The translations under genes and the position numbers were made by a program. The notes under the pieces were generated by a model. The model ran no database searches and had not been told where the DNA came from. It saw only the letters and a list, made by a program, of their open reading frames with translations. A stretch of 64,000 nucleotides of DNA from an uncultured Metamycoplasma sp. GTDB lineage: Bacteria > Bacillota_I > Bacilli_A > Mycoplasmatales > Metamycoplasmataceae. Positions 1-13,842 of the stretch are shown here, one piece after another. The first letter of the stretch is position 1, and each line of letters starts with the position of its first letter. The stretch is taken from contig CAYSZT010000003.1 of NCBI GenBank assembly GCA_964435585.1, positions 14,870 to 78,869 of the forward strand, written 5' to 3'.

Positions 1-781
1 TGTTCAACGTGGTGAACTTGCAATTGCTTCTTTTAATCAACGAAAAGAAGCAGCTATTAATTGTGGTGTTGACGAAGTTTATGAACTCCCCTTTTTATAC
101 GCAACACAAGCAGCTCATATTTTTGCTTATGGAGCAATTCAAGAATTAAAAAGACATAATATTGATGTTTTGGTTTTTGGTTCCGAAACAAATAATATTG
201 ACGATTTTTATCTAATTGCATACACAATCAAAAATAATGAAAAAAAATATTATGAATCGATAAGAAAAGAAATGAAAAGTGGCATCTCATTCCCTAAAGC
301 AAATCAATTAGTTTTAGAAAAACTTATTGGTAAATCTTTTCAATTACCAAATGATATTTTAGGTCTTGAGTATGTGAAAGTTTTAGTCAATGAAAATTCA
401 AACATTAAAGCTCATTGTTTTGAAAGAAGCGTTGGTTTCCATTCGAATGAGATAAGAGAAAACATTACAAGCGCAACAAATATAAGAAATATGATTTTCA
501 ATAATGATTTGAATTATAAAAAATATACCCCAATGGTTTTTCAAAGTATTCCAGATCGAGTTGAAAATCATTATCATGAATTTCAAGAAAAAGTTAGATC
601 GAAATCAGCTGAGGAACTAAAACAAATTAAGACAATGTCTGAAGGTATGGAGAATTTATTCAAGAAAAATATTGATGCAAAAACATATGATGAATTTGTT
701 AATAAGACGAACTCAAAAAGATACACATCAAGTAGAATCAAACGTCTAATGTTATATGTTATGCTTGATATAAAAGAGTAA
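1..781 (+). CDS. tmcAL: TmcAL/YlbM-family nucleotidyltransferase (tRNA-Met cytidine acetate ligase-like), 5-prime truncated at the window edge
   Basis: The frame is open from position 2 and joins track ORF 170..781. The translation VQRGELAIASFNQRKEAAINCGVDEVYELPFLYATQAAHIFAYGAIQEL..LVFGSE resembles the YlbM/TmcAL core as I recall it. Confidence 0.65.
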   Translation, partial: VQRGELAIASFNQRKEAAINCGVDEVYELPFLYATQAAHIFAYGAIQELKRHNIDVLVFGSETNNIDDFYLIAYTIKNNEKKYYESIRKEMKSGISFPKANQLVLEKLIGKSFQLPNDILGLEYVKVLVNENSNIKAHCFERSVGFHSNEIRENITSATNIRNMIFNNDLNYKKYTPMVFQSIPDRVENHYHEFQEKVRSKSAEELKQIKTMSEGMENLFKKNIDAKTYDEFVNKTNSKRYTSSRIKRLMLYVMLDIKE

Positions 782-809
782 AGATATAATGGTAAAATAA
801 TAAATAATT

Positions 810-2060
810 ATGTTAGACATTAAATTAATTCAAAAAGATATTGATTATGTAATAGAAAAATTGAGATCAAGAAATGTTGATGAATCTTTGCTTAAAAAGC
901 TTTCAACAAACATCAATGAAAGAAATAAATTAATTCATCAACTAAATAAAAAGCAAGAAGAAAAAAATATTGTTTCTAGCCAAATGGCTAAAGATAGAAA
1001 TGAAGAAATTATTAGAAAGGCTTCATCAATTAAAAATGAAATTAAAGAGTTAGAGATTCAAATTGAAAAATATCAAATTATTCTTGATGAATTGCTACCA
1101 ACCATTCCAAACATTCCTCTTGATATCGTACCGGTAGGTAGAGATGAAGATGATAATAAAGAAATATTAAAATGCGATAAATTAGGTCGTGGTTTAGTTA
1201 AAGGGGTGAAACCTCATTATGAAATAGCTGTTGAAAAAGACATTGTTGATTTTGAACGTGGTGTAAAAATGAGTGGGACAAGATTCGCTGTGTTTAAAAA
1301 TAATGGAGCAAGACTTATAAGAGCCCTAGAAAATTTCATGTTAGATACGCACACAAAAAATGGTTATGAGGAATTATTACCACCGGTTTTAGTTTCATCT
1401 AACACCATGTTTGGAACTGGGCAGTTGCCTAAATTTAAAGATGATTTATTCAAAATAGATAATGACGATTTATGATTAATACCAACAGCTGAAGTTCCAG
1501 TAACTAATTATTTCAATAATGAAATTATTGACCTATCAAAACCAAAGAAGATGACAGCATATACTTTATGTTTCAGATCAGAAGTAGGTTCAGGCGGAAA
1601 AGATACAAGGGGTTTAATTAGATCAAGACAATTCAATAAAGTTGAGATGGTAAAAATAGTCTCTAAAAAAGATGCTATGTCAGAATTTGAACTATGTGTT
1701 AAAGATGCAGAAAACATTTTAGAATTATTGGAAATTCCATATAGAAAGATAATTTTGTGCACAGGTGATTTAGGATTTAGTTCATCAATTACATATGATT
1801 TGGAATTGTGATTACCTTCTGAACAAAGATTTAGAGAAGTATCTTCAATTTCATATTTTGGTGATTTTCAAGGAAGAAGAGCAAAAATTAGATACAAGGA
1901 TGAAAATAACAAAACAGAATTTGCTCATACAATAAATGGTAGTGGTTTGGCAATTGATAGAGTCTTTGCTGCTCTAGTTGAACAATATCAAAATGAAGAC
2001 GGTTCAATTGATATTCCAAAAGTACTTCAACCATATATGAATGGCATTAAAAAAATATAA
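810..2060 (+). CDS. serS: seryl-tRNA synthetase
   Basis: Track ORFs 810..1475 and 1551..1811 share a frame and join across TGA(Trp) codons. There is an N-terminal coiled-coil arm, then [12 protein letters not shown] and class II motifs ([31 protein letters not shown]). TAA stop at 2058..2060. Confidence 0.95.
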
Positions 2061-2110
2061 AAATCCCCCAATTTTACTTAATTTCATTAGCAAATAAACT
2101 TTTTTCCTTG

Positions 2111-2119
2111 TGATATAAT
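2111..2119 (+). promoter_or_regulatory. extended -10 promoter element (TGaTATAAT) upstream of CDS 2174..4108
   Basis: The sequence tgatataat lies about 55 nt upstream of the ATG at 2174, in a 113-nt spacer after serS. Confidence 0.4.
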
Positions 2120-2173
2120 TTAAAAGTAAAATTTGTCACAATAAAAATCTATTAATAACCAAGGTGTTCAGTT

Positions 2174-4108
2174 ATGTGAGAATTAAAAGAAAGTATTTGA
2201 GATAAACAAATTGGTGATAGCCAAGTAGGTTTTGATTTTTCAGGTAGAGAAATTCATTTCGATGATTTTCAAAATTATGGATCTGATTTTGGTTGAAACA
2301 TTATTTCGTTTGACGATTACAAAACATGTTTAGTTGTTAACATTGCGACAGAAAACGAAATGCCTGAAAATCTGATTAATCATTTAGATGAAGAGTTCAT
2401 TATTAATGGAAAACTGTTTTCAATTTCTGAAAATGACCATGGAAGTTTTGATGTTAATTTAATCAAGCACTTATCATCAGGGAAAATGGTTGACCCCTCA
2501 GAACAACATGAAACATATAACTTCAACAAAGTTGAAAACAATGATTATTTTGCTTTTAGAAATGAAATGAACGAAATGCACAATGAGGTTCAAGACATGA
2601 GAGACGACTTAGAAGAAACAATACAATTACAAAAACAACAAATTGAAGAATTAGAAAAACAACTTGTGAATAGTAAATCTAATAGTTATGAAAAGAGAAT
2701 TGAGGAATTAGAAAACCAAGTTAGAGCAAATCAACTTCAAAAAGAACGTACTCAGCAAATTGAAATTGAAAAAAATAATCAAAGAATTGATGCATTAAGA
2801 AGACAAATTGAAACAACTCAATTTTCTATTCCGAATAAAGATTTAGGTGGCACAAAAGTCATTAGTTTTCAAAATACTTCTTTAATTGATGACTTGTCTA
2901 GAAAAATTAATGAAAAAACAATGATCATTAATTCTTTAAAACTTGACCAAGAAAATAATGAAAGAAGATTGAGTGAAATTCAAAAAAACAAAGAAAGAGA
3001 AGCTAAAGAAAGACAAGAGAGAGAAGAAAGAGAAAGATTAGAAAAAGCAGAGAGAGAAAAACAAGAGCAAGAAAGACTTGAAAGAGAGAGATTAGAGAAG
3101 GAAAGACTTGAAAAAGAAGCTAGAGAAAAAGAAGAATTAGAAAGACAAAAAGCTTCCGAAAAACCTCGAAAAGAAGAATCAGAATTAGTTTCAAGATTAT
3201 GAACATTAAATTATGGTGACCAGACCCTGGCTATGGATTTTGCTGGTAGAGCAATGTTAAGGGATAAATATGGTCTTGACGAAGAAGGCGGATGAGATGC
3301 AGATTATTATGATTTTGACTCATCTGTTGATATGTTTTTAGCTTCAACGAAATCAATTAGAGAACGTGATAAAAAGCAAACTTTTTCAATTGGTGAATTT
3401 GAATACTTTATTACAAATAATGGTGGAAAATGGGAAATTGAAAAATGTAAGAAAGGTCAAAACAATTACAACTTCTCATCTAAAAAGATGAAAAATATTG
3501 CTTCTTCATTTAAACCAGAAGATAATGAATTTATTGGTGAATATGAAACATATTCTTCATTAATGGTTAATTTAGATCACTTTCCATTAATTCATTTAGA
3601 TAAATTTGAAAAATTCTTAAAACAAATTTTATCTGATTTACCATTTTACAAAGATTGCTTCATTTACTCAAATGAAAGATTATATGCAACAAACCAATCT
3701 GATATAAGTGCTTATGCAAGAATTTTCTTCAAAACAAATTCAACAAAAGATGATATTCAAATTTTACTAACATCAATTTCATTGAAAAAAGCAATGAAAG
3801 ATTTTATTGTTAATTTCCAACCAGCAACACAAGGTCAAAAAATTTCATACTCAATGATCTTGACAAATCACAAAAAATTATTGAAATTTGTTCATGCACA
3901 AACAAATTTTGAGTTATTAAGATCAAACCCAATTCCTTCAAACTTACCAAAAGAACGTTTAATTCTTGACAATGAGTATAACTTGATTTTGAAATTCCAT
4001 GAAAACAATTTATGAAAAAAACTGAAACCTTATGCTTTAGATCATCAAGGTCACACTTACTACGTTTGTGAAATTGATCCTGACAGTCTAGATATTAATT
4101 TTTCATAA
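2174..4108 (+). CDS. hypothetical 644-aa protein: two degenerate HNH-like modules flanking a charged ER/EK coiled coil
   Basis: ATG at 2174 followed immediately by TGA(Trp). Track ORFs 2360..3202 and 3332..4015 share this frame and join across TGA. The central run is EREAKERQEREERERLEKAEREKQEQERLERERLEKERLEKEAREKEELERQK. TAA stop at 4106..4108. Confidence 0.7.
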
Positions 4109-4786
4109 TTAGTTATTAATTTTAATTCTAGATAAAAGATAAATTGATGCAGTTTCAGCTCTTAAAATCCTCTTACCTAGTGATACAACTTTAGTATCAC
4201 TTTTTTTTGCTATTTCAATTTCCTCATCTGTAAATCCACCTTCAGGACCAACAAAAAAAGCAATATCCCCTTCAAAGAGATGAACACTTGATTCACTTAA
4301 TTCCTCTTTTTCATGAGCAATAAATTTATGATCAATTTGCTCATTCTTAATTGCATCTTCAAAATAAATTGGTTCATTGATTTCAACTATTATATTTCTA
4401 AATGATTGCTCAGAAGCGTTCTTTGAAATTTCAATCATCCTTTTTAATTTGAATTGATCAACATATTTTTTATTTGTGTTTTTGCTGATCACTGGGTATA
4501 TTTTTTTTACACCTAATTCAGTAGCTTTTTGAATCAATCACTCAAACCTTTTAATATTAATTAAGCAAGCATATAAGACAACATCATGTTTAAATTCATG
4601 CTCTATATTATCTTCTTTATCAATAACTGCTCATTCATTTTCTAAATGACAAAGAAAATACTTTTCTTCAAAAATACAGTAGAAATTTTCATTCTTTTTA
4701 AGTCTTATTGCCTTTATATGATTTAACACTTCTTTGTCTAATTTAAATCTATTATTTAATCTTTCATTTACAAAAAAACGGTACAT
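4109..4786 (-). CDS. rsmE: 16S rRNA (uracil1498-N3)-methyltransferase RsmE
   Basis: Track ORF 4109..4537 extends upstream across two TGA codons to the ATG at 4786. I checked every codon and found no TAA/TAG. Translation MYRFFVNE...FFVGPEGGFTDEEIE...LGKRILRAETA is typical RsmE. Confidence 0.85.
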
Positions 4787-4839
4787 ATTTTTATTATATC
4801 TTTTGTTATAATTTTTTGATAAGAAAGATGAGAATTTAA

Positions 4840-6282
4840 ATGGCTCTTAGAAACAAATTATTTAAAAATAAAAACAATGTTCAAGATAAGAAAATAACTA
4901 AATATGATGTAGCAATAATTGGCGGTGGCCAAACAGGTTTAGTATTAGCTCGTAGACTAATCAAGAAGGAAATGAAAGTTCTTGTAATTGACAAGGGCGA
5001 TTTAGGTATAAAGACATCTTTAGACCTAAAGAATTTCACTAAATTAATTAAAAGAATGATTTCAAAACAACAAGCCCCGCAGGATTTAATTTCTTCTTTT
5101 CCTCAAAGACTCGAATTTATTAGAAAAGAGCAAAACGAATCTTTAACATCAGTTTTAAAATCGAATTCTTTCTTTGAATTTGTTAAAGGGAATGTGGAAA
5201 CAATTGATGAGTATGAATTAACAGTTGATGGCAAAAAATATGCATTCAGAAAATTAGTATTTGCAACAGGTTCTTATTTTGTCGAACCGACAGGTTATCC
5301 AAATTTGACAAGAGAGATGTATTTTAACCTTGATGAAATTTCTAAGGTTGATAAGTTTTATAAAAATGTGGCTATTTATGGAACAGATATTCAAGCTCTT
5401 GAGCTTGCTTATGCCTTTGCATTACTTGGTTCTAATGTTTATATCTTTGACGAAAATGTTAACCCATTTAATAACTTTGATGATGATTTTGAATCTATTT
5501 TGAAGACTGATTTTATGACAAACAAAATTAATTGATGTCTAGAATCAAAAGTTACAAATCACATTAAGTCATCCGATAGCACTTATAGAATTGAATATAC
5601 AACTCAAGGAAGCAATAAATATGTTGAAGTTGATAAAATTTTTATTACAGGAAATAAAAAATCTGAAATAAGAGATTTAAAAACAAGGTATGAGCTTGAA
5701 ATAAATTCTCATGGTTCAATAATTATTGATAATAATTTTAGAGTTAAAAATAACCCATCATATTATGCAATTGGTGATGTTAATGGGATTAGATTTGTTC
5801 CAGATTATGCAAATTCACAAGCAATCATTTTATCCAATGTATTGACAAAACAAAAAGGTAAGGGCGCAAAATTTACTCTATTCAATACAGGGTTTTCAAT
5901 AGATATTGAACCTCAAATTTCTTTCTTTGGAATGAATAAGCAAGAATTAGATTATCAAGGGATTAAATTTAATGAGTTCATTTATGATTTTGATTATGAA
6001 TTAAATTCAAAGCTTTTTTCTCATAAATCAAAACTAAAGGTTTATACAAATGAAAAACATGAGATTTTAGGTGTGTTCTTATATGGTCACAAAATTAAAG
6101 AATTATTATCTATTTTTATTTTGGCAGCCAATGAAAAAATTAAATTTCATAAACTATCTCAACTAAACTTTCCATTCTATTCAAAGTCAGAATTTATTAG
6201 AGATGCAGCAACAGATTATGAACTGGAATTCGTTGGATTATCTAAAAAATTGCAAAAATTAACTAAAAAGAATAATGCATAG
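4840..6282 (+). CDS. FAD-dependent pyridine nucleotide-disulfide oxidoreductase-like protein (480 aa) lacking the redox-active cysteine pair
   Basis: Track ORFs 4840..5535 and 5842..6282 share a frame and join across TGA. It has a Rossmann motif (DVAIIGGGQTGL), a second dinucleotide motif (VAIYGTDIQALELA), AIGDVNG, and a C-terminal dimerisation-like region. Confidence 0.7.
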
Positions 6283-6329
6283 AATGATATATAATTATTA
6301 TCTATAAAACATAAAGTGAAGAGGTAATT

Positions 6330-6815
6330 ATGGGATTTTTCTCAAAATGAAGACAAAAAAGAAAAGATAAAAAAGCTGAAAAGAGCGAAAATGTTAAACA
6401 ACCAAGTAGTTCTTATGAAATTTACAACTCAAATGAAACACAAATTTTAGAACCTGTTAACGACAAAAAAGTTTCTGTAGGTTACGATGAAGATGAAAAT
6501 ATCAAAGTAACAAATACATCATTAGATGTTGAGAAAAAAGCAAATAGAAAATCATCAGGTAAAACTCAAACTATTTCTAAGGATGCAAAAAATAAAAGAA
6601 ATATTTATTATGTATCTGTAAGAAAAGACAAAGAAGGTAGAAAACTTGGTTGAGAAGTTAAAAAGGAAAATGCTGAAAGAGTAACAAGAATCTGTGAAAC
6701 AAAAGAACAAGCAATTGACTTTGTTAAAGAAAAAGCTGGAAACCAAGGATCAACATGTATTATTAGAAAAGTTGATGGTTCTATCGATAAAACAATGAAA
6801 TTCGATTCTAAATAA
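6330..6815 (+). CDS. basic protein (161 aa) with a C-terminal DUF2188-like domain
   Basis: ATG at 6330 preceded by gaagaggt (RBS-like), with two in-frame TGA codons. The C-terminus NIYYVSVRKDKEGRKLGWEVKKENAERVTRICETKEQAIDFVKEKAGNQGSTCIIRKVDGSI fits the DUF2188 pattern (W.VK...A.R....T..EAI..A...A.N......IH..DG.I) as I recall it. Confidence 0.6.
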
Positions 6816-6861
6816 TTTATTATTTATATTCTCTAAACATTTGTTAGTAAAATAAAAAAAT

Positions 6862-8964
6862 ATGTTTACTACTGTAGTCAATAAGAAAAAGCCAAAGAGC
6901 TATTTATCGGGTGTCATCAAAGATAATAAGATTTTTATCTTATTTTCTTTTTTGTCTTGCCTATTACCTATTATTTATTGTTTATTAGCTTCATTAATTA
7001 AACCTAATGGCTCACAAGCAGTAATGGGCGTGGGTCACGTGATTCCATTCATGCTTGCTTTTATGCAAATATCTTTTACTATTAGCATCATTATTTTTGC
7101 TAAATTAAATGAGATTAAAAAAACAAGGTACTATAGTAATCACCAATTAATTTCTTCGTCAATGTGATTATCATTGTTTATAGGGATAATGTTTGCAATT
7201 TTCTATGTAGCCTCAGCATTTTGCTACATGTATTTTTCTAACAATCGTCCAAATACACAAGCAATGCTTAAATATGGACTTGATTTTCTTTATATAACAT
7301 CAGCGCTTATATTATTTTTCCCAATATTTACTTCAACAATATTTATTGTTAAATATAGAAATGAAGTACTGGCAATTAATTCAATCATTATCTTTTTTAT
7401 CTTATCAGTTTTGTTTTCATTTTTGTTTTGTATCTTCACTGATTTAGAAATTATTGGTTTAAGTATTGGCCTACTAATTTCAATTATGTTGACAATATTT
7501 ATTAATCTATTTTTTATAAATGGTTTCTTTACAATTAAAGAATTGTTTGCTATTTACGAAGTAAGAAATATTTGCCTAATTTTTTCAAAAACAATTTTTA
7601 AAGAATCAGCGACACAAATTTCAATGTCTTTTTTCAAAGCTATTGCTATCATTTGTTTATCTTTTTCGATCCCTAATACAATAAGCGGTTTTGTTCCACT
7701 TTCATATCAAATGTCAAGAGTTATTTGATTTAATATGATGTATTTTATTCCATTTATCGGTTTAGGAATCGGAGAGGGAATTAGGTTCCATCATCTTTTC
7801 AACCATTCAGTTGTTTCAGACAACAATTGTTACCTTGAGCACCGTTGAAGAAATGATTTAAAGATAATTTATGCAACCTTCTTTTTAACAGTGGCAATTA
7901 CGATTGGGTGCATCTTTGCTGTTAAACCCTTAAATCGTCTTTACATAGTAAATGACTATAACAGATTTAGAGATGGCAAGATGCCAGAAATTGCTGGTTG
8001 AGGCACACCTACATTAGCTCCAAATTCAATCCCTAATCTGCAAAACTTTAAAGATTTATCTTTGGATCCATTACCAGAATTTAAACCATTAAAAGATAAT
8101 CCGAATAACAGCCCAATTATTGATATTCAAAATGCAGCAATTCGCTTAGAAAATTTGAACTTATTCCAAAATTGGGTAAGACAACAAATTGCAAGTAATC
8201 CAAATGTTGTCGAAGGTGTTAAACAAGATTTACAATCAATTAATGAGTGAATTGACTGATTAAAACAGACAAACATAGATGGAGTCTCAATCATTCATTT
8301 CATCGAAACAAAATATGATGTTAATTTCTTGGAACAGATTAAAAATATTGTTAATGGCATTCAACCTTCAACTGGATTTTTGCAAGCGGTTAGAAGTTGT
8401 TTAAGTTATTTTGTCTACCTATGATTGTATTCAAATACAAATGATATCATCACTGATGCATTCTTATTACTAAGACCAATTATCAATTATCATAATGTAA
8501 TTTTTGATTCCAATGCAAATATTGTTGAAGTATTAATCAATAATCCTTTATCAACAGTATTAACATCACTATTTTTATCAATTAATACTTTTGATGCAAA
8601 AGCAATGATTTACATTGGGGTGTATGGAACACTGAATTCCATTTGAGCAATATTAATCCAACTAAACCAAAGAAATCTTAGAAAGGGAATGCCTTACTGA
8701 TTGTTAACCTTAGTTTATGGGGGATGTATTGGTTTTCTTGTGACTTTTGGAACACTATTTGGAGTAACCTTAACTTCTCAACTAGGAAAAGCAAATCCCT
8801 TCATGTACCTAGATGCCTGAACATTCCCGTTGATTGTAATTTCATTTGTTGTTATTGTTTTCTTATCTATTAAATATTTTGTTTCTTATAAAAAATACAA
8901 TAAGATAAAATCATCATTACAAACAATTAATAGTGAGGTTCTAAATAATGTGAAAGTTCATTAA
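6862..8964 (+). CDS. large polytopic membrane protein (700 aa), family unknown
   Basis: Track ORFs 6862.., 7174.., 8062.. and 8425.. all share one frame and join across TGA codons, with no TAA/TAG between them. Many hydrophobic segments surround a central soluble insert. TAA stop at 8962..8964. Confidence 0.65.
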
Positions 8965-9496
8965 ATCTTCATCTAATAAATTGAATTGATTAGAACATAA
9001 CCAGAAAGAGTTTTGCTTTATTGGAAGATCAAATGTTGGGAAATCAACTTTGATTAATTTGTTAGCAAATCAAAATAAATTAGCTAAGACTTCAAAATTT
9101 CCTGGAAGAACACAATTAATAAATTATTTTGAAACTGAGGATAAAAAAATCATCATCGATTTGCCAGGCTATGGTTATGCAAAAATAAGTTACAGTGAAC
9201 AAGAAAGAATGTTTTCAATGGTGGATGAATTTTTTAGATTAAACAAGCCAGAAGTTGTTTTTGTTTTAATTGATGCAAAAATTGGAATTACATCTAAAGA
9301 TGAAGAAATAATTGAATATTTAGATTCCTTGAATCATAATATAAAATTAATACTAACCAAAGTTGATAAAGCAAATCAAAGCGAATTATCCAAGACTTTA
9401 AAACACCCAATAGTTAAAGATTTTGAGCATTTCAGATCATCAATCGAAAATGAAAAATATATTGAAAAAATAAGAGAATACATAAAGAATTACTAA
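8948..9496 (+). CDS. engB: ribosome-biogenesis GTPase EngB/YsxC
   Basis: ATG at 8948 (then TGA-Trp) overlaps the preceding CDS by 17 nt. Translation MWKFIKSS...FCFIGRSNVGKSTLINLL (G1), FPGRTQ, DLPGYGYA, TKVDK. Confidence 0.85.
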
Positions 9497-9500
9497 TATA

Positions 9501-10865
9501 ATGTTAATTATGAAAAAGAAAAAATTAATTATTTCTGTATCATCAATTTTATTGTTATCAACATCTTTAATAAGCGTTGTTTCTTGTTCAAAGAATTCAT
9601 CCGCAGATAGCAGTGAACAAGACAAGGTACCTCAATATGTAATCTCTTTTACCTCTCAGGATTCATTTGATTTAAATTTACCAACATTAGAGGTTAATGA
9701 TAAATCAATAGAAAGTGAATGGATAAAAACGAAAGTTATTGAAAATAAAGATAATATATTCAAAATTACGACGGAAGACTCAAATTATATTGACGATGCT
9801 TTTTTTTCAAAAAATATAAGTATAGATGATATCCAAAGAGATCAAGAGAATGGAACTATTTCCTTCAACTGCATTCTTTGGCATTATAAAACAAATATCT
9901 TAACTTCAATAAATAAGACCATCAAATTTATTGGTTTTAAAACAAGCCAAAATCTACCTCAAACAAATAATCAAGAAATATTAGAAAAATGCAAAAAAGC
10001 TCTAAGAGTAACATGTAATTTAAGTGAGAGTGAAAAGAGTCAGACAAAACCATCAGAAGCGATTAAAAAATATACTAATTTTTCCGTTAATACTGATGTT
10101 ATAACATCACTTGGTGGATATAATAATGGTTATTCAACAAAGATTGATGACAACTTTCCAAATAGCGTTTTTATTATTACTAAAATAAGCGTTGGCGATA
10201 GTAATGATCCTGATTATTGTGAAGACACTGTTGAAACTCGCATAGATGGATTTAAAAGAAATTTTGAAATAGGTCAACTTGATGCTTTGCCAAATAATCT
10301 ATTAAGTACCCCATCAGGAGCGACATCTTGAAAAGGAAAAATTGGAATGATAAATACAAATCCTATTGGGACCAATGCTTTCAAAGACCAAGTTAAGAAA
10401 TACACACTTGATGATTATGAAAAAGACTTTGTTTATCATGCAAGATTTATCTTATATCAATCTTTCTTAGATAATTTCAGTGAAATCAATTATTATTCTC
10501 AAAAACAAGGCAACACAATAACTATTACAGCTGAGGGGATAATTAAAAAAGAAGTATCAAGTAATTTCAAATTGCAAGTGACAGGAGAGAGTAATAGTTA
10601 TAGATTAGATGCAAGAGCAGGAGATAAAGTGACAATTATATTTAATATAAATTCTAATCCAACTTTGCCCTTTTCACCGATCGACTCCATGGATTGGTCT
10701 TTCTCGCAAGATTTTAATACTAACTCCACAGCAAATTCGCAATTTGGAATTACTTTCCCAAGTTATTCATTAACTGTGAAAAAGAATGATTCAATCTTGA
10801 GCAATATAAGCTATGGACACTTAAGAACCTATTCTTTTGTAATTGGAAGAACAAAAAGTAAATAA
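9501..10865 (+). CDS. surface lipoprotein (454 aa)
   Basis: Signal peptide plus lipobox: MLIMKKKKLIISVSSILLLSTSLISVVSC|S. Track ORFs 9501..10331 and 10347..10865 share a frame and join across TGA. The alternative ATG at 9510 is equally plausible. Confidence 0.8.
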
Positions 10866-10972
10866 ATTTTTGACTTCATTATTAATATTTATTAATAGAT
10901 GTGGAATAAAACAATTTTTTGCTTAAACTTGACAAAAATTTAAAAATCAAAAAAATCAATGTGATAAAATAA

Positions 10973-12445
<1,473 letters not shown>

Positions 12446-12563
12446 TTTTTATTAAAAAATGTTGTTTATTTAGTAAACTTTAAAAGATAAAAAACAAAAC
12501 TTTGAAATTCATAAATTTAATGATACAAAGTTACAAAAAAACAAAAAATTTAAGGAGATAAAT

Positions 12564-13760
12564 ATGGCAAAAGAAAATTTTGACAGAAGTAAGCCTCACG
12601 TTAATATTGGTACAATTGGTCACGTTGACCATGGTAAAACAACTTTAACTGCAGCTATTGCTTCTACATTAGCAAAAAAAGGACTAGCTGAAGCTAAGGA
12701 TTATGCATCAATTGATAATGCACCTGAAGAAAAAGCTCGTGGGATAACAATTAATACATCACACATTGAATACGAAACAGAAAAAAGACACTATGCTCAC
12801 GTTGATTGTCCAGGTCACGCTGACTATGTTAAAAACATGATTACAGGGGCTGCTCAAATGGATGGAGCTATCTTAGTTGTTGCTGCAACAGATGGACCTA
12901 TGCCTCAAACAAGAGAACACATTCTTCTATCTAAACAAGTTGGAGTTCCAAAAATCGTTGTTTTCTTAAACAAAATTGATATGTTAGGTTCACCAGCTGA
13001 AGCTGCTGAAATTACAGAACTAGTTGAACTTGAAGTTAGAGGTCTATTATCAGAATACGGATTTGATGGAGATAATGCGCCTATTATCAAAGGTTCAGCT
13101 CTAAAAGCTCTTGAAGGTGATGCAACATATGAAAAATTCATCTTTGATCTAATGGATGCAGTTGATGCTTATATCGATACACCTTCACGTGAATCAGATA
13201 AACCTTTCTTAATGGCTGTAGAAGATGTTTTCACAATTACAGGACGTGGAACTGTTGCTACAGGTAGAGTAGAACGTGGAACATTAAAACTAAATGAAGA
13301 AGTAGAAATTGTTGGAATTAAACCAACTAAAAAAACAGTTGTTACAGGTATAGAAATGTTTAGAAAAAATCTAGACGCTGCAATGGCTGGAGATAATGCT
13401 GGTCTTCTATTAAGAGGGGTAGCTAAAGAAGACGTTGAAAGAGGACAAGTTTTAGCTAAACCAGGAACAATTGTTCCTCATAAAAAATTCGAAGCTGCGG
13501 TTTATGCACTTAAAAAAGAAGAAGGTGGACGTCACACACCATTCTTTAAAAACTATAAACCACAATTCTATTTCAGAACAACAGACGTTACAGGTGGTAT
13601 TGAATTACCTGCTGGAACAGAAATGGTTACTCCAGGAGATAATGTTAACTTAACTGTTGATCTAATCTATCCAGTTGCTATCGAAGAAGGAACAAAATTC
13701 TCAATTAGAGAAGGTGGAAGAACTGTTGGAGCTGGATCAGTTACAAAAGTTATCCAATAA
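12564..13760 (+). CDS. tuf: elongation factor Tu
   Basis: Uninterrupted 398-aa ORF with taaggag [20 protein letters not shown] and NKID motifs. Confidence 0.98.
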   Translation: MAKENFDRSKPHVNIGTIGHVDHGKTTLTAAIASTLAKKGLAEAKDYASIDNAPEEKARGITINTSHIEYETEKRHYAHVDCPGHADYVKNMITGAAQMDGAILVVAATDGPMPQTREHILLSKQVGVPKIVVFLNKIDMLGSPAEAAEITELVELEVRGLLSEYGFDGDNAPIIKGSALKALEGDATYEKFIFDLMDAVDAYIDTPSRESDKPFLMAVEDVFTITGRGTVATGRVERGTLKLNEEVEIVGIKPTKKTVVTGIEMFRKNLDAAMAGDNAGLLLRGVAKEDVERGQVLAKPGTIVPHKKFEAAVYALKKEEGGRHTPFFKNYKPQFYFRTTDVTGGIELPAGTEMVTPGDNVNLTVDLIYPVAIEEGTKFSIREGGRTVGAGSVTKVIQ

Positions 13761-13842
13761 TTTGTATTTATACAAATATACAAAACAAACACCATTAAAA
13801 ATTAAGCTTTAATTTTTAATTAGTTAGAAAATAGGTGAAGTT

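Noticed and set aside
2960-3180. A repetitive gaaaga/gagaga-rich DNA stretch that could be mistaken for a tandem-repeat or CRISPR-like array.
   Set aside because: It has no unique spacers and no fixed repeat unit. It lies in-frame within CDS 2174..4108 and simply encodes the E/R/K coiled-coil segment.
13761-13842. AT-only palindromes after tuf (tttgtat-tt-atacaaa, and an AAGCTT-centred dyad) as a terminator.
   Set aside because: The stems are entirely A/T, one has a bulge, and there is no clear T-run. I could not support a terminator call, although weak termination or read-through into pgk is possible.
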